IMG/VR virus record: IMGVR_UViG_3300046703_000335
Span: 24,336 to 88,335 of that record
Origin: a virus
Reading direction: 5' to 3' (one strand)
DNA: 64,000 nt
A program made the position numbers and the translations under genes. Each line of letters opens with the position of its first letter. Positions within the stretch are counted from its first letter, which is position 1. Below the pieces are notes generated by a model. That model saw only the letters and a list, made by a program, of their open reading frames with translations, did not search any database and was not told the DNA's origin. This document shows, one piece after another, positions 1 through 10,463 of this stretch.

Positions 1-481
1 CTGACCCTACATAATTTACTATATTCTTTCTCTTTAGGTTAGCCCACTCAAAGTTTATTTCGTTTGGAAGCAAGTCTGTAGCCCATGGTTGATAGATAGC
101 GGAGCCCTCTATTATTGTATAATCATTTATTTTAGTAGTACCTTCAAGATTATATACTGGGTCTGTCAATACCTGGATATTAACAATACGGTCTAATACT
201 GTAATAAATACATCACGAGGGCAATTGTGCAAGATGTATAACCCATCTTTTCTTATGGGTATTTTAAGGCATTCTTCACTACCAGAAGTTAAAAAAAGAG
301 TATCTGAAAAATTAAAGTTTGACACGTCTATAGTATTGTTAAACCAATAGGTATCATACCCTAAAAATTTAAACGCTTTATAAAATGCCTCATGAATATA
401 CGAATGAGTATGTGTATCTTTAGGATAACCCCAGATGACTACTCTCTTTACGTTTAGTAAACGTGCATTTTTATCAGTCAT
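1..481 (-). CDS. Hypothetical protein, 3' end lies beyond the window start. Begins MTDKNARLLNVKRVVIWGYPKDTHTHSY, start codon at 479-481.
   Basis: Minus-strand frame stays open from 481 down to position 1. The ORF track omits it because no stop falls inside the window. Translated by hand. Confidence 0.4.
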   Translation of the reverse strand, partial: MTDKNARLLNVKRVVIWGYPKDTHTHSYIHEAFYKAFKFLGYDTYWFNNTIDVSNFNFSDTLFLTSGSEECLKIPIRKDGLYILHNCPRDVFITVLDRIVNIQVLTDPVYNLEGTTKINDYTIIEGSAIYQPWATDLLPNEINFEWANLKRKNIVNYVGS

Positions 482-484
482 ATT

Positions 485-1171
485 CTACACTTCCAATCTT
501 GCATAAATATCCCCAAAATCAATATGGTGGATATTTGTGTATAAGTATTCTGACATATCATTTTTAGTAAGCCAAGTATCATTACTAAATATTAAGGATT
601 CTCCCTCACTATACTTATAGGTATATCTTCCTACATTTTCCAAGATATTCATGCATGTAAGGGCATTTTCTTTCAATTCAGGTGTGTACTCAATGGATAT
701 ATATGGAATAGGATATGACAATCCTTTCAAAACCTCTACTTCACTACCCTCTACATCTATTTTACAGAAATTTGGAATGCCATAGTTTTCTATAAGATTA
801 TCTATTGTACTCGTTCTAATCTCAATAGGGGCATTCCATTCATAATTTTTGAATCTTTTTGACTTTGTCCTCTCAATAAAATCTTCTGAAAAGGTACTTA
901 AAGTAGAAGCACTAGATAATCTAAACATACGGGGTAAACCATCTGATGATAGCGCCAAAGGAATTATAATTACACAATCATTACTATAAAATTTATTAGT
1001 TAACTCTACTAAACATTTTTCTTGTGGTTCTATGCATATAACTTTTACGTTATATTTTAGAAAAAGTTCAGTCTTAGCTCCTGTGTTTGCTCCAATATCA
1101 AAGACAGTGTCTCCTGCCTTCAAAATTTCATCCAATATCATACCACGTACTCCTACTATGTATATATTCAC
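485..1171 (-). CDS. FkbM-family SAM-dependent methyltransferase
   Basis: FDIGANTGAKTELF, ICIEPQ and IDVEGSE motifs typical of Methyltransf_21/FkbM. Confidence 0.6.
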   Translation of the reverse strand: MNIYIVGVRGMILDEILKAGDTVFDIGANTGAKTELFLKYNVKVICIEPQEKCLVELTNKFYSNDCVIIIPLALSSDGLPRMFRLSSASTLSTFSEDFIERTKSKRFKNYEWNAPIEIRTSTIDNLIENYGIPNFCKIDVEGSEVEVLKGLSYPIPYISIEYTPELKENALTCMNILENVGRYTYKYSEGESLIFSNDTWLTKNDMSEYLYTNIHHIDFGDIYARLEV

Positions 1172-2415
1172 TACATGAGTTCTATTTTAAACACCCCAAC
1201 ACAGTGATGGTCAGTGTTATATCTTATGACCGCTTTATCACTCGTACCAAACGGATCATACTCTTTTAGAAATGATTCTACTAAATAATCCATATCTTTA
1301 AAGTACTTAGTATAAGCGTTACTTATGTGGACTTTCAATTTACGTACTATATCACCATATTCCTTTGTAATCTTATAAAACTTATTTATGATATCTTTTT
1401 CTGTAATATAAAAAGTTGGAATAGTTAAATCTTGAAGATCCACACTTTCCGCAAAATCTACACATTTAAAACAATATGAGATACTAATAAAAGGAGTTAA
1501 AACAGCTGCGGACAACACATTTGCATGTAACCTTGTACCAATTGTGAGAAAGCATTGAGAAGCTATTTTAAGTATGTCCTCAAAAGTTAGAGTATTAGGA
1601 AAATGTGTAACATAATTAATCAAACTTTCATGACTTTCTTTTATTTTATCATACATCAATTTACTTAGCTGCTTATCAGAACTATTAGACATATCAAAAA
1701 AAACTATATTATATTCGCCAGTCTCTAATAGCTTAATACAAACCTTATAGATCTCCTCAAATATCCTGCTATTATACTCTTCTATAGTCTCATTATCAGA
1801 AGAACCTAGCCTATGAGGACCAACAACATGTACAATACTAACTCCTATATTCTTCTTTTTTTGGCACAGCTCTATTGAGCTATCCCTAAAATTTATAAAA
1901 CAGTTACTAAGTAAACCTGCATCGTACATGTAAGAGCCAATGTCTGTATTATTCACTTTTTTAGAAAATAACACAGACATCGGACCTCTTAATCCTCCAC
2001 TTTTTACACCTGAGAGATTATTCAGGCTAACTTTTATGGTGTCATTAGTTATATAATCAATTTTGTCATATTCTCTATTTATAAAATGACAAATATTACT
2101 ATTATTTAAGTTAAAATCTGGATTAATGCCCGTACCAAAAGCCATGCTAAATTTACCATCGTTTATCATACCTGCATAGGTATTATCATAGTTATGTATA
2201 AGAGTCCCTCCACCAAATATCCTTATATCAGATAAATCTCTCCAACTTAAGGCATCTACTTTAAAGCTATTGTTATATACCTCAACAATGCTAAATTTTT
2301 TGTTTAATGAGCTCCTTAATAATAGAATAAAAATTAAATAGAGTATGTCATCCCCTATATTACCACTATTAATGCACCCTGTATAAAAACCTTTTATTTC
2401 TACAGATGGACTCAT
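1171..2415 (-). CDS. Polysaccharide pyruvyl transferase-like protein
   Basis: N-terminal GNIGDD motif and size fit the PS_pyruv_trans family. It sits next to glycosyltransferases. Confidence 0.4.
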   Translation of the reverse strand: MSPSVEIKGFYTGCINSGNIGDDILYLIFILLLRSSLNKKFSIVEVYNNSFKVDALSWRDLSDIRIFGGGTLIHNYDNTYAGMINDGKFSMAFGTGINPDFNLNNSNICHFINREYDKIDYITNDTIKVSLNNLSGVKSGGLRGPMSVLFSKKVNNTDIGSYMYDAGLLSNCFINFRDSSIELCQKKKNIGVSIVHVVGPHRLGSSDNETIEEYNSRIFEEIYKVCIKLLETGEYNIVFFDMSNSSDKQLSKLMYDKIKESHESLINYVTHFPNTLTFEDILKIASQCFLTIGTRLHANVLSAAVLTPFISISYCFKCVDFAESVDLQDLTIPTFYITEKDIINKFYKITKEYGDIVRKLKVHISNAYTKYFKDMDYLVESFLKEYDPFGTSDKAVIRYNTDHHCVGVFKIELM

Positions 2416-3119
2416 ACTTGATATACCTTATGATCCTTTTCCAATGCACATAACTTCTTTGTTGCCCTATAAGGATGCTCCTTAGCCCATTCTGCATCTT
2501 TAGGGAAACAATATGAAGGATCTAATATCACACTTGGAGGATTATCTATGAAGTATCGATTCATATGACTCTCATCATGCCATACAGCTACATACCCTTT
2601 ATTTATATCTTCTCCGATATTATTAGAAATAGTCTCTGACATCTTTAAGAAGTTTGCAGCTTTACCCCCGTTAAAACCTCCAGCATAATAGTGCTGACCG
2701 CACATAGGAGCTACATAAGCTCTTGATACAGGATTCCTATCATAGGATAATACATGGAGTGGAGCGTTCCAATAGCCTGGATGCAACGTAGCTACAGAAT
2801 CCCCAAGTATCTCATTACCCACATACCCTTCAAAGACCATATCAATATCACAATAAAAGAGGTAGTCCATATCTGATAATATCTTGGAATTCTTGCAAAA
2901 AATCTCATATCTACGTAAAGTCATCCCAGGCCATGGATAGTGTTCTTGAGGAATTACCGTAACATCATTTCTTTTTATGTCATTGGGTAGATTTGTAAAA
3001 AGGAAATAACTGATCTCATGACCCTCTTGGGATAAAAAATAATTCTTGGCTGAATCATACAGATTATCTATAAATTCAAGATATTTGTTCGTAGCTATAT
3101 TTAACAAACCTATCTTCAT
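2412..3119 (-). CDS. Family 6 glycosyltransferase (GT6, ABO/alpha-1,3-Gal transferase-like)
   Basis: NKYLEFIDNLYDSAKNYF..GHEISYFLFT, YCDIDMVF (DxD) and ATLHPGYWN resemble GT6 signatures. Confidence 0.6.
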   Translation of the reverse strand: MKIGLLNIATNKYLEFIDNLYDSAKNYFLSQEGHEISYFLFTNLPNDIKRNDVTVIPQEHYPWPGMTLRRYEIFCKNSKILSDMDYLFYCDIDMVFEGYVGNEILGDSVATLHPGYWNAPLHVLSYDRNPVSRAYVAPMCGQHYYAGGFNGGKAANFLKMSETISNNIGEDINKGYVAVWHDESHMNRYFIDNPPSVILDPSYCFPKDAEWAKEHPYRATKKLCALEKDHKVYQV

Positions 3120-3772
3120 ATGCTAAACCTAATCTTTCTTAATGTTTCTGACAGAGCGCTATTCTTTGTATTAAAAAAGGAATCACTATGAATTCGATGT
3201 CTAACCAGCACCATATCTATATTAAAAAAAGTCCAACCATCTTTAATTAATCTTATCCACAAATCATAATCCTCTACACCATCCCATGAGAAATCCCATG
3301 AAATATCTCTTCCTCTTCTATTAATCATTGATGAAGAGTTTATTATAGTATTTATATCTGAAAAGTTAGATTCAGAAATATCACCAGTGTACAACCTTGG
3401 GGTATCATCCGATTCCCCAAAATACTGACAATGTGTCCCTATGACATCATACCGGGCTGCATAAGCTATCTGTCTTTCTAATTTTTCTGGTAGCCAGACA
3501 TCATCAACGTCTAACAGACAAATAGAATCATATTTAGAAAAAAGTAAAAGCTTATTTAATGTTATAGATTTACCCTTAAACTCCGGGAACTCTCTGATAT
3601 GGATTTTATCTGAAGAATAGCTATTAGCTATTTTAAAAATTTCAGAATTTCCAGGGTGACCATTCACCCCTATAAGAAGTTCCCAGTCTATAAACGTCTG
3701 AGCTTTTATAGAAGATATACTCTCCTCAAGGAATTCTATACCATTATATATTGGCATTAATATCGAAACCAC
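3116..3772 (-). CDS. Family 2 glycosyltransferase
   Basis: VSILMPIYNGIEFLEESISSI..Q and LLDVDD motifs (GT-A, DxD). Confidence 0.65.
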   Translation of the reverse strand: MVSILMPIYNGIEFLEESISSIKAQTFIDWELLIGVNGHPGNSEIFKIANSYSSDKIHIREFPEFKGKSITLNKLLLFSKYDSICLLDVDDVWLPEKLERQIAYAARYDVIGTHCQYFGESDDTPRLYTGDISESNFSDINTIINSSSMINRRGRDISWDFSWDGVEDYDLWIRLIKDGWTFFNIDMVLVRHRIHSDSFFNTKNSALSETLRKIRFSI

Positions 3773-4476
3773 TATGATATTCCTCTTAGTACCTCAGTAG
3801 CTACAGTCACATAATACTCTTTATTTAATTCTAAAGTTCTTAGCATGCTATCGGGTCTTTCAGTGTGTTCATATATTAATGTAGGGAGATATTTAAACTT
3901 AGCACCTGCCATGAAACATCGACACCAGAAATTCCAATCCTCATAGTGTGCACCCTTTCTTACTTTATATCCAGACACTTTCTCCCACAAACTTTTACGA
4001 TAGAGAGAAGAACAAAAAATTGGATTATGTGACAAGAGTACTTCTTTTGTTATTTCTCCAATAAAGGGCTTGACTACTCTACCTGAACTAGTCATGTATC
4101 CGTAAAAGATATCAAAATCTTTGTCAATATAATGTGCAAGTGTCCGAAGACTTCTTGGGAAGAAAAAGTCGTCAGCATCTAAGGTTATAACAAATTCATA
4201 GTTAGAAGCTTTAATACCTGTATTTCGTGCGGCACTTAATCCCATATTTTTTTCATGTTGAATTACCCTAATAGCATCTCTATTCTCATTTATTAAACTC
4301 AGAGCCTCTTGATTAAAAGGCTTAGTAGAACAATCATCTACTAAGATTATCTCTTTCTCAATATTCTGTAATAAGCAACTACTAAGTGCTCTGTAAAGGA
4401 ATTCCGAATCATTATACGTGCACACTATTATGGATATCATAATCATTTCCATTCTAAGGGAATATCTTGATGACAA
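3772..4476 (-). CDS. Family 2 glycosyltransferase
   Basis: ISIIVCTYNDSEFLYRALSSCLLQ, ILVDDCS, TLDADD. Confidence 0.65.
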   Translation of the reverse strand: MSSRYSLRMEMIMISIIVCTYNDSEFLYRALSSCLLQNIEKEIILVDDCSTKPFNQEALSLINENRDAIRVIQHEKNMGLSAARNTGIKASNYEFVITLDADDFFFPRSLRTLAHYIDKDFDIFYGYMTSSGRVVKPFIGEITKEVLLSHNPIFCSSLYRKSLWEKVSGYKVRKGAHYEDWNFWCRCFMAGAKFKYLPTLIYEHTERPDSMLRTLELNKEYYVTVATEVLRGIS

Positions 4477-5252
4477 GATATGTTATATATTATATCCTTG
4501 TTTTTTAACATTTTATCATATGACAAGCTCTTACCATTTATATACTGCTCATTTATCTCATAAGCAGTTAATTTACCGTGCCTATTTCCATTTACATCCT
4601 GAACTTTATTAGCAGGTATATTTAATAGCTTTGATTCGGTGAAGCACATCATATAGGGGACAGGCAAGGGGCTATTAGCTAAATTACCCTCAAACGTATT
4701 TGGGTTTGAATATTCTAACTGTACTAATTTTGAGTAAATATCCTTTGTTCTAAATAGATGTCCATCAAGGGACATGGGGTATGACCAGTCACCGGGGCAA
4801 GCTTTATGCCAATCCCAGATCAATTTATCCCCAATAAAATTGGGGGGAGTCATCGGGATATTCATAGTATAACAGTAATTTATCCCTGGGTACAACCTAA
4901 GGGATAGGCAAGCAATATCCTCGTTATGTAAAAAATAATGCACTTCAGGGCTGTCAATATCAAACTTGTCTTTTAAAATTATATCATCCACAAAAAAGAT
5001 AGTAAATACATTTCCCATAGAAATTAGCTTTAACATATCACTTTTGAAACAACCCTTATTCTCAAAAGCGAAGTGAACATCTGGATGAAACATTATAGTT
5101 TTTACATAACCAGAACCAAAAGCTTCATTACTAAATGTATAAAGTACATGGATATTGCCTGGGGATATCCCACGAAACATTCTTTTTAGGCTATTAAGAA
5201 ATAAATCTAACTGACATCCACGATCTTTACTAAAAACCACTAAATTTATCAT
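4443..5252 (-). CDS. Hypothetical protein, possibly a nucleotide-sugar transferase fold
   Basis: ORF lies within the glycosylation island. No clear motif. Confidence 0.35.
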   Translation of the reverse strand: MINLVVFSKDRGCQLDLFLNSLKRMFRGISPGNIHVLYTFSNEAFGSGYVKTIMFHPDVHFAFENKGCFKSDMLKLISMGNVFTIFFVDDIILKDKFDIDSPEVHYFLHNEDIACLSLRLYPGINYCYTMNIPMTPPNFIGDKLIWDWHKACPGDWSYPMSLDGHLFRTKDIYSKLVQLEYSNPNTFEGNLANSPLPVPYMMCFTESKLLNIPANKVQDVNGNRHGKLTAYEINEQYINGKSLSYDKMLKNKDIIYNISCHQDIPLEWK

Positions 5253-5265
5253 ATTTATCCTTTAA

Positions 5266-6030
5266 TTAAAGAATAGCCCTATAAGTATAAGGTTGTTTAG
5301 CTGCAAAATAATCGGCAAACTGCATCTGCTCTTGAAGTCTCATTTTACCATCATTATAGGGAGATTCCTGATTATACACATAGATACGTTCATGTACAAA
5401 TTGAACCCTACTAAAGCCTGATAGTTCCAGCATAGGAAACATAATAGCAAGATCCCAAGTCACCCTAGCATATAAACCATCAGGACCCCTTAAATCTTCA
5501 TCCTTGACATGTTTCCACACCTTATATTTAAAAGTCCTTAAATGAGAAGCTCTCCAGTTAACTTTTCGAATTCCTATTTCCCAATCAGAAGCAGTATATG
5601 GAGCATTATTGGTATTAGCTCCCGGATCCGGATAAGATGCCCAAGATCCATGTGTCACCAGTAATTCTGGATTATTCTTATAATACCCATCTACAATGGA
5701 CAATGTATCAGGACCTGCAAACCAATCATCTGCATCAAGTGTAACAATGATATCGTTGTCTTCTGGTTGCTGCTCATTAATTGATCTAATAATATTTGCA
5801 GTAGCAAATAATTGGGTCTCATTTGCTATTACTTTTATTCGCGAATCCTTTTCCGCAAAACTTTTAGCAATCTCCACAGTTTTATCATCTGAAGGATCAA
5901 TTACAACACATGCTGTCCAATCTTTATTATCTTGGGATATAACAGAAGATAAACATCTCTCTATATATTTCTCTACTCTCCAGCCAATAATTACTATTCT
6001 ATACACATCACACCTCATCCCATCCAACAT
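5266..6030 (-). CDS. GT2-like glycosyltransferase
   Basis: VIIGWRVEKYIERCLSSVISQ, VVIDPSDD, TLDADDW. Confidence 0.5.
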   Translation of the reverse strand: MLDGMRCDVYRIVIIGWRVEKYIERCLSSVISQDNKDWTACVVIDPSDDKTVEIAKSFAEKDSRIKVIANETQLFATANIIRSINEQQPEDNDIIVTLDADDWFAGPDTLSIVDGYYKNNPELLVTHGSWASYPDPGANTNNAPYTASDWEIGIRKVNWRASHLRTFKYKVWKHVKDEDLRGPDGLYARVTWDLAIMFPMLELSGFSRVQFVHERIYVYNQESPYNDGKMRLQEQMQFADYFAAKQPYTYRAIL

Positions 6031-6736
6031 GAAAAACCGTTGTACCTCTTAAGTATAATTCTTTTTTCTTATCCTCATAAATTTTTAAATATGGGGTACT
6101 TGAATTCAAAGGATCATGTATCAGCCAGTCATCTTCACTATGAAGTACATACTTTTTCTGTGTAAGAAGACACATAGTAGCATCGTCCCTACCATAAACA
6201 CCACCATGATTCGTCCATGGATGATCATTCAAGAACTGATGATGAAAAAGCATCATCCCACCAGCTACACTCCAAGGGGTATAAAATTTATGACCCCCAT
6301 GATCCTTCGCCGAGCAATTTATCCGAACAGGGTCATGTGCCCAGAATCGAGCGCTACAAAATCCCATAATATCATAATCAATATTATCACATTGACTTAT
6401 ATAATGTAACCAGGGTTTAAGTATAACCATATCGTTATCCATAGTTATAACAAGATCAGCTTGATACCCATAAGTTTTAAATAGCACATTAAGTATTGCA
6501 GCTTTTCCAATATTGCTCGCATAAGGTATTGAGTCAAGCACTATACCTATATCATTAAATAGGGTACAGTATCTGCTAATTATCTGAATGTCTTCTGGGG
6601 AAGCTTGATTTAATCCAACTGCAATGCGAATGTCATACACATCCCCTTGTGGAGTATTATTAAGAAGACCATTCAAGGTAACATCTAAAACTTCAGGTCT
6701 CTTATATGAGGGTATAAGAATAGCTAACTTTTTCAT
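6008..6736 (-). CDS. Glycosyltransferase-like protein
   Basis: LAILIPSYKRPEVLDVTLNGLL and TMDNDM (DxD-like). Confidence 0.4.
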   Translation of the reverse strand: MKKLAILIPSYKRPEVLDVTLNGLLNNTPQGDVYDIRIAVGLNQASPEDIQIISRYCTLFNDIGIVLDSIPYASNIGKAAILNVLFKTYGYQADLVITMDNDMVILKPWLHYISQCDNIDYDIMGFCSARFWAHDPVRINCSAKDHGGHKFYTPWSVAGGMMLFHHQFLNDHPWTNHGGVYGRDDATMCLLTQKKYVLHSEDDWLIHDPLNSSTPYLKIYEDKKKELYLRGTTVFHVGWDEV

Positions 6737-8721
6737 ATCCAGTGTCTACCTTCGCAATTATCCGGGAGATTTGGACTATAAAAAGGATCCACAAAATTAG
6801 ACAAACACCACTTCTCATCCATATATGCTATAGCTTTTATAAAATTTTCATCTTTAGCAGAATCATATCCTCGGGTATGAGATTCACGATGATATAATCG
6901 AGCAAAAGGAGTATAAACAATCGATTTTCCATTTTTTCTTAATTTAAGACAAAGATCAATATCGTTAAATGCTGCAGGAAGCTTTGGATCAAAACCACCC
7001 ACTGCCAGAAAATCACCTTTACGAACCAACATGCATGCCCCAGTAACCGCAGAAATATCTTGAGTAAGATGAGGTCTTGAAAAATACCCAGGATCCCAAT
7101 CCCACAACATCTTATGACTGTGCCCTGCAACTCCATTATTTCCTACAATAACTCCTGCATGCTGTATCCGGTGATCTAAGTATAGGAGTTTAGCCCCTAC
7201 CGCAGCTACTTCTGGTTGTATGAAATGTTGCACCATGTTATAAAGCCAATCAGGATGCATGATCTCTATATCATTATTTAAGAACAGTACAAATTCTGAA
7301 TTATCTCCACAAACTGAAACAGCATAATTATTTATCTTAGAGAAATTAAACTCTTTCTCATATTTCAGTACTCTTATTTTCTTATTAGAAGATAATTTTG
7401 ATAAATATTTATGAGTTTCATTTTTCGTACTGTTATTATCTACCAGTATAATTTCATAATTCTTGTATGATGTCAATTTAAAAGTTTTTAAGAGATTATT
7501 AAGAACATAAATCTCATCTTTGAATGGTACAATAATAGAAATTTTAGGTTCTTTAGACAAGATATACCGTACATCATAATGCCCCGGAAAATTCCCAGCA
7601 GCCACTATAGCTTTTCTATTTATACGCTTGAGATGGTCCTCTAACGCTCTTGCACCATTAAACCTGGCATTAGGCTTATTTACGATGCTACTTGCTGTAG
7701 AAGAGGGGGTAATGCGCCAATGATATAGGATCTTAGGGACATGAAATATATTCTTTGTTTGCTCAATGAATCTCAACGCCAAATCATAATCTTGAGAACC
7801 ATCAAACCCCGTCCTGATTCCCCCAATATTATCAATAATATTTTTTCGATAAACTGAGAAATGACACATATACATTGAGGATAGAAAAAGGTTATAGTTC
7901 CAGTCAGGTTTATAAAAAGGACCCACAAATTTACCATCTTCCAAGACCTTATCTTCATCAGTGTATATTAAATCTGCTTCAGGATGTTCCTTACACATTA
8001 AAGCGATGTGTAAGAGGGCATCTTTATCCAAAAGATCATCATGATCCAGAAACCCTACAAAGCTCCCTGTAGCCATAGATAAGGCATCATTAGTAGAACT
8101 AACAATACCCCTATTCTTGTTATTAAGTAATACCTTGATCTTATCACTTTTTATAGATTTTAGATAATCTGTTAAAACCGGGTCACAAGATCCATCATCA
8201 ACTATACACCATTCCCAATTTTCATATGTCTGATTAATAACACTTTCTGCGGTGCTTTTAAAGTATGCAAGGTCTGTCTTATATGTAGGTGTAATTATGC
8301 TAAATATTGGTGCGTTATTAAACTCATATATTGATGTACGTTCTCCTTCTATATATAGACAGGGGCCATTACTATTGACTTTAATATTAAAGCTCCCCTC
8401 AGAATTTTCTCTAACAAAACTGAGAGAAGTATAGATCATACAATCTTGTTTAAATGAATGATCAATGGAAAGAATTATTGGACTCTCTGCTATAACTTGA
8501 TTTGGAGTAATAGTATACTTACGATGAGTTTTTTCGATATACATATCTACCGTAAGTTGACCCATTATATTTCCAGTAGAACTAAAAAATAATCCTATGG
8601 AGTTTACTTTACCCCTACTTATAGGGATATTAAAAGCATAACTGCTTAGTGGAGTATACTGAGAATCCTTATCAATATTACTATAAAGAATAGGATCAAT
8701 TTTGGTTAAGATATATGACAT
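6733..8721 (-). CDS. Two-domain family 2 glycosyltransferase
   Basis: Two GT2 modules: FSIITPTYKTDLAYFKSTAESVINQ..IVDDGS and KISIIVPFKDEIYVLNNLLKTF..ILVDNNS. Confidence 0.6.
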   Translation of the reverse strand: MSYILTKIDPILYSNIDKDSQYTPLSSYAFNIPISRGKVNSIGLFFSSTGNIMGQLTVDMYIEKTHRKYTITPNQVIAESPIILSIDHSFKQDCMIYTSLSFVRENSEGSFNIKVNSNGPCLYIEGERTSIYEFNNAPIFSIITPTYKTDLAYFKSTAESVINQTYENWEWCIVDDGSCDPVLTDYLKSIKSDKIKVLLNNKNRGIVSSTNDALSMATGSFVGFLDHDDLLDKDALLHIALMCKEHPEADLIYTDEDKVLEDGKFVGPFYKPDWNYNLFLSSMYMCHFSVYRKNIIDNIGGIRTGFDGSQDYDLALRFIEQTKNIFHVPKILYHWRITPSSTASSIVNKPNARFNGARALEDHLKRINRKAIVAAGNFPGHYDVRYILSKEPKISIIVPFKDEIYVLNNLLKTFKLTSYKNYEIILVDNNSTKNETHKYLSKLSSNKKIRVLKYEKEFNFSKINNYAVSVCGDNSEFVLFLNNDIEIMHPDWLYNMVQHFIQPEVAAVGAKLLYLDHRIQHAGVIVGNNGVAGHSHKMLWDWDPGYFSRPHLTQDISAVTGACMLVRKGDFLAVGGFDPKLPAAFNDIDLCLKLRKNGKSIVYTPFARLYHRESHTRGYDSAKDENFIKAIAYMDEKWCLSNFVDPFYSPNLPDNCEGRHWI

Positions 8722-9305
8722 GTCTTAATGTGCTCCTCAAATAAAACAATCAGGTTATGCAAAACTTCTTGCTCATCTCCAACAGCCTGAAGACAGATTA
8801 TAGGTACTTTTATGTATTCCCTGGTTTTAGCATAAGCTTCTAAGAGCTCCCTTTGATTATCAATATCAAGAGTCTCATCTCTTTCCGAACATATTTCTAT
8901 AGGAGTAGTAAGATAAATATAAAGGTCAGGCTGAACAAAAAGCTTTTCACTGGAGTAAAGTTCTTTTAAAAATCTGAAACAGTTTGAAGAATATTTATAA
9001 GCATAAGATAACCCTGACCATAGGTATCTTTCGCAAATAATATTTTTTGCTGCGATAATACCCTGATGTCTTAAACGAGATTCAAAAAATATTCTTTCTC
9101 TACGGTATTCATCTATATATCCAGGAGAGTTTAAGAGTTTTGCTTCCTCTATAGAAAAAGAGGGCTCTTTCGTCCATATGAAGTCCCCAAAATGGGGGTC
9201 TATTTTTAAGAGCCCATCAACTGTACAGCTGTTAAGATACTCGGCGAACTTAACAGACAGAGTGCTTTTACCAGCACGATCGATGCCTTCAAAGGCGATA
9301 AACAT
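8706..9305 (-). CDS. tmk: Thymidylate kinase
   Basis: MFIAFEGIDRAGKST P-loop and overall dTMP kinase layout. Confidence 0.8.
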   Translation of the reverse strand: MFIAFEGIDRAGKSTLSVKFAEYLNSCTVDGLLKIDPHFGDFIWTKEPSFSIEEAKLLNSPGYIDEYRRERIFFESRLRHQGIIAAKNIICERYLWSGLSYAYKYSSNCFRFLKELYSSEKLFVQPDLYIYLTTPIEICSERDETLDIDNQRELLEAYAKTREYIKVPIICLQAVGDEQEVLHNLIVLFEEHIKTCHIS

Positions 9306-9352
9306 ATAAAACCTCTAATTTTATTTAAATGTTATATTAATATACATGAAGC

Positions 9353-10162
9353 CTATTTATTGGCAAGTTTATCATTAACATCTTTTTCCGTACATGCCCT
9401 TTTTATTTTACCCTCTATTCGATATTTCAAAAACAAAGTATCATATTCTGCTTTTTTTCTCAAAACATTGGGGACATAATCCTTTGTTTCTTTAACTAAA
9501 CCTTCCTTTTTATTTTTATAATAATATGCCTGCCAGGGCCCACCATTATAATCTGCCAGGACTACATCCCAGGAATGGTGCTGAGCATATAATACATCAA
9601 AAAGCTTTACTGCAAATTTTGTACTTATACCAATATTATACAATAATGAGTCTGTGTATTCCATCCCAAAGTGCCCGGCTAATAATCGACCAGTCGATGG
9701 CATGAATTGATTTAATCCTAAAGCTCCCATAGAACTTCGTGCAAGTTTAGTAAATTTGGATTCTATACACTGTGTGGCAAGAATCAGAAAGGGGTCTATA
9801 TATGAATAATTTTCACACTCCCTCAGGTTGGCTTCAGCGATTTGATAAGCATCATCAAGATTAATTTTGATTCCACTTTTTTTCCACTGTAAAACTATTT
9901 GATCCCGCATAAAAAGGATCAACTGAGATCTTCTTGATGACCAATCTATTGTAGAGAGCAGAAATTGATTTGTTTCTGTATGCAATATAAACTGTTCATC
10001 CTGGACTTTCTTAATATCTGTGATCTCCTTATTCAGGTTCTTTGATAGAATTAAGATAAGAAATGTTAATCCAATGGAAACAATTAAGAAAAATAGGGCA
10101 AGAGACCAACCTATAGTGGTTGAGCTTTTCTTACCTCTTTTCTCTGTGTTATCCTCGTCCAT
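9353..10162 (-). CDS. Membrane-anchored lytic transglycosylase (SLT domain)
   Basis: N-terminal TM helix. ATQCIESKF..ALGLNQFMPSTG resembles the SLT catalytic E..S and GLMQ motifs. Confidence 0.55.
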   Translation of the reverse strand: MDEDNTEKRGKKSSTTIGWSLALFFLIVSIGLTFLILILSKNLNKEITDIKKVQDEQFILHTETNQFLLSTIDWSSRRSQLILFMRDQIVLQWKKSGIKINLDDAYQIAEANLRECENYSYIDPFLILATQCIESKFTKLARSSMGALGLNQFMPSTGRLLAGHFGMEYTDSLLYNIGISTKFAVKLFDVLYAQHHSWDVVLADYNGGPWQAYYYKNKKEGLVKETKDYVPNVLRKKAEYDTLFLKYRIEGKIKRACTEKDVNDKLANK

Positions 10163-10184
10163 TGATACATCCTTTCGAATAGGT

Positions 10185-10454
10185 TCATAAAACTTCCTTA
10201 CGTATAAATTTTCCGTTTTCCCAATATTCTTTATGATTATTTTTAGGATCTATCAATGCTGGACCACCAACCCTATGCAAAACTCCGTGCTTAAACCACG
10301 CCTGATAACCGGTTCGTTTGTTTATTTCAGCAGGACCACCCTGACGATGTTTCTTTCCGTCAAAGATGTACACATCCACATCACCAGTAAGAGCTTGCTT
10401 ACCATTAGGCAACTTCATCATTTTCCCGATATTCATACCTATGGATATAAACAA
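10185..10454 (-). CDS. Hypothetical small protein
   Basis: ORF only. Contains a duplicated GGPA motif. Confidence 0.3.
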   Translation of the reverse strand: MFISIGMNIGKMMKLPNGKQALTGDVDVYIFDGKKHRQGGPAEINKRTGYQAWFKHGVLHRVGGPALIDPKNNHKEYWENGKFIRKEVL

Positions 10455-10463
10455 ACATTCCCC

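Noticed and set aside
5696-6052. Plus-strand ORFs from the six-frame track, for example 5696-6052, 6116-6409, 10233-10670, 18933-19472, 24683-25120 and 41055-41426
   Set aside because: Each lies entirely inside a longer minus-strand gene with recognisable domains. They are low-complexity and have no motifs, so they are shadow ORFs.
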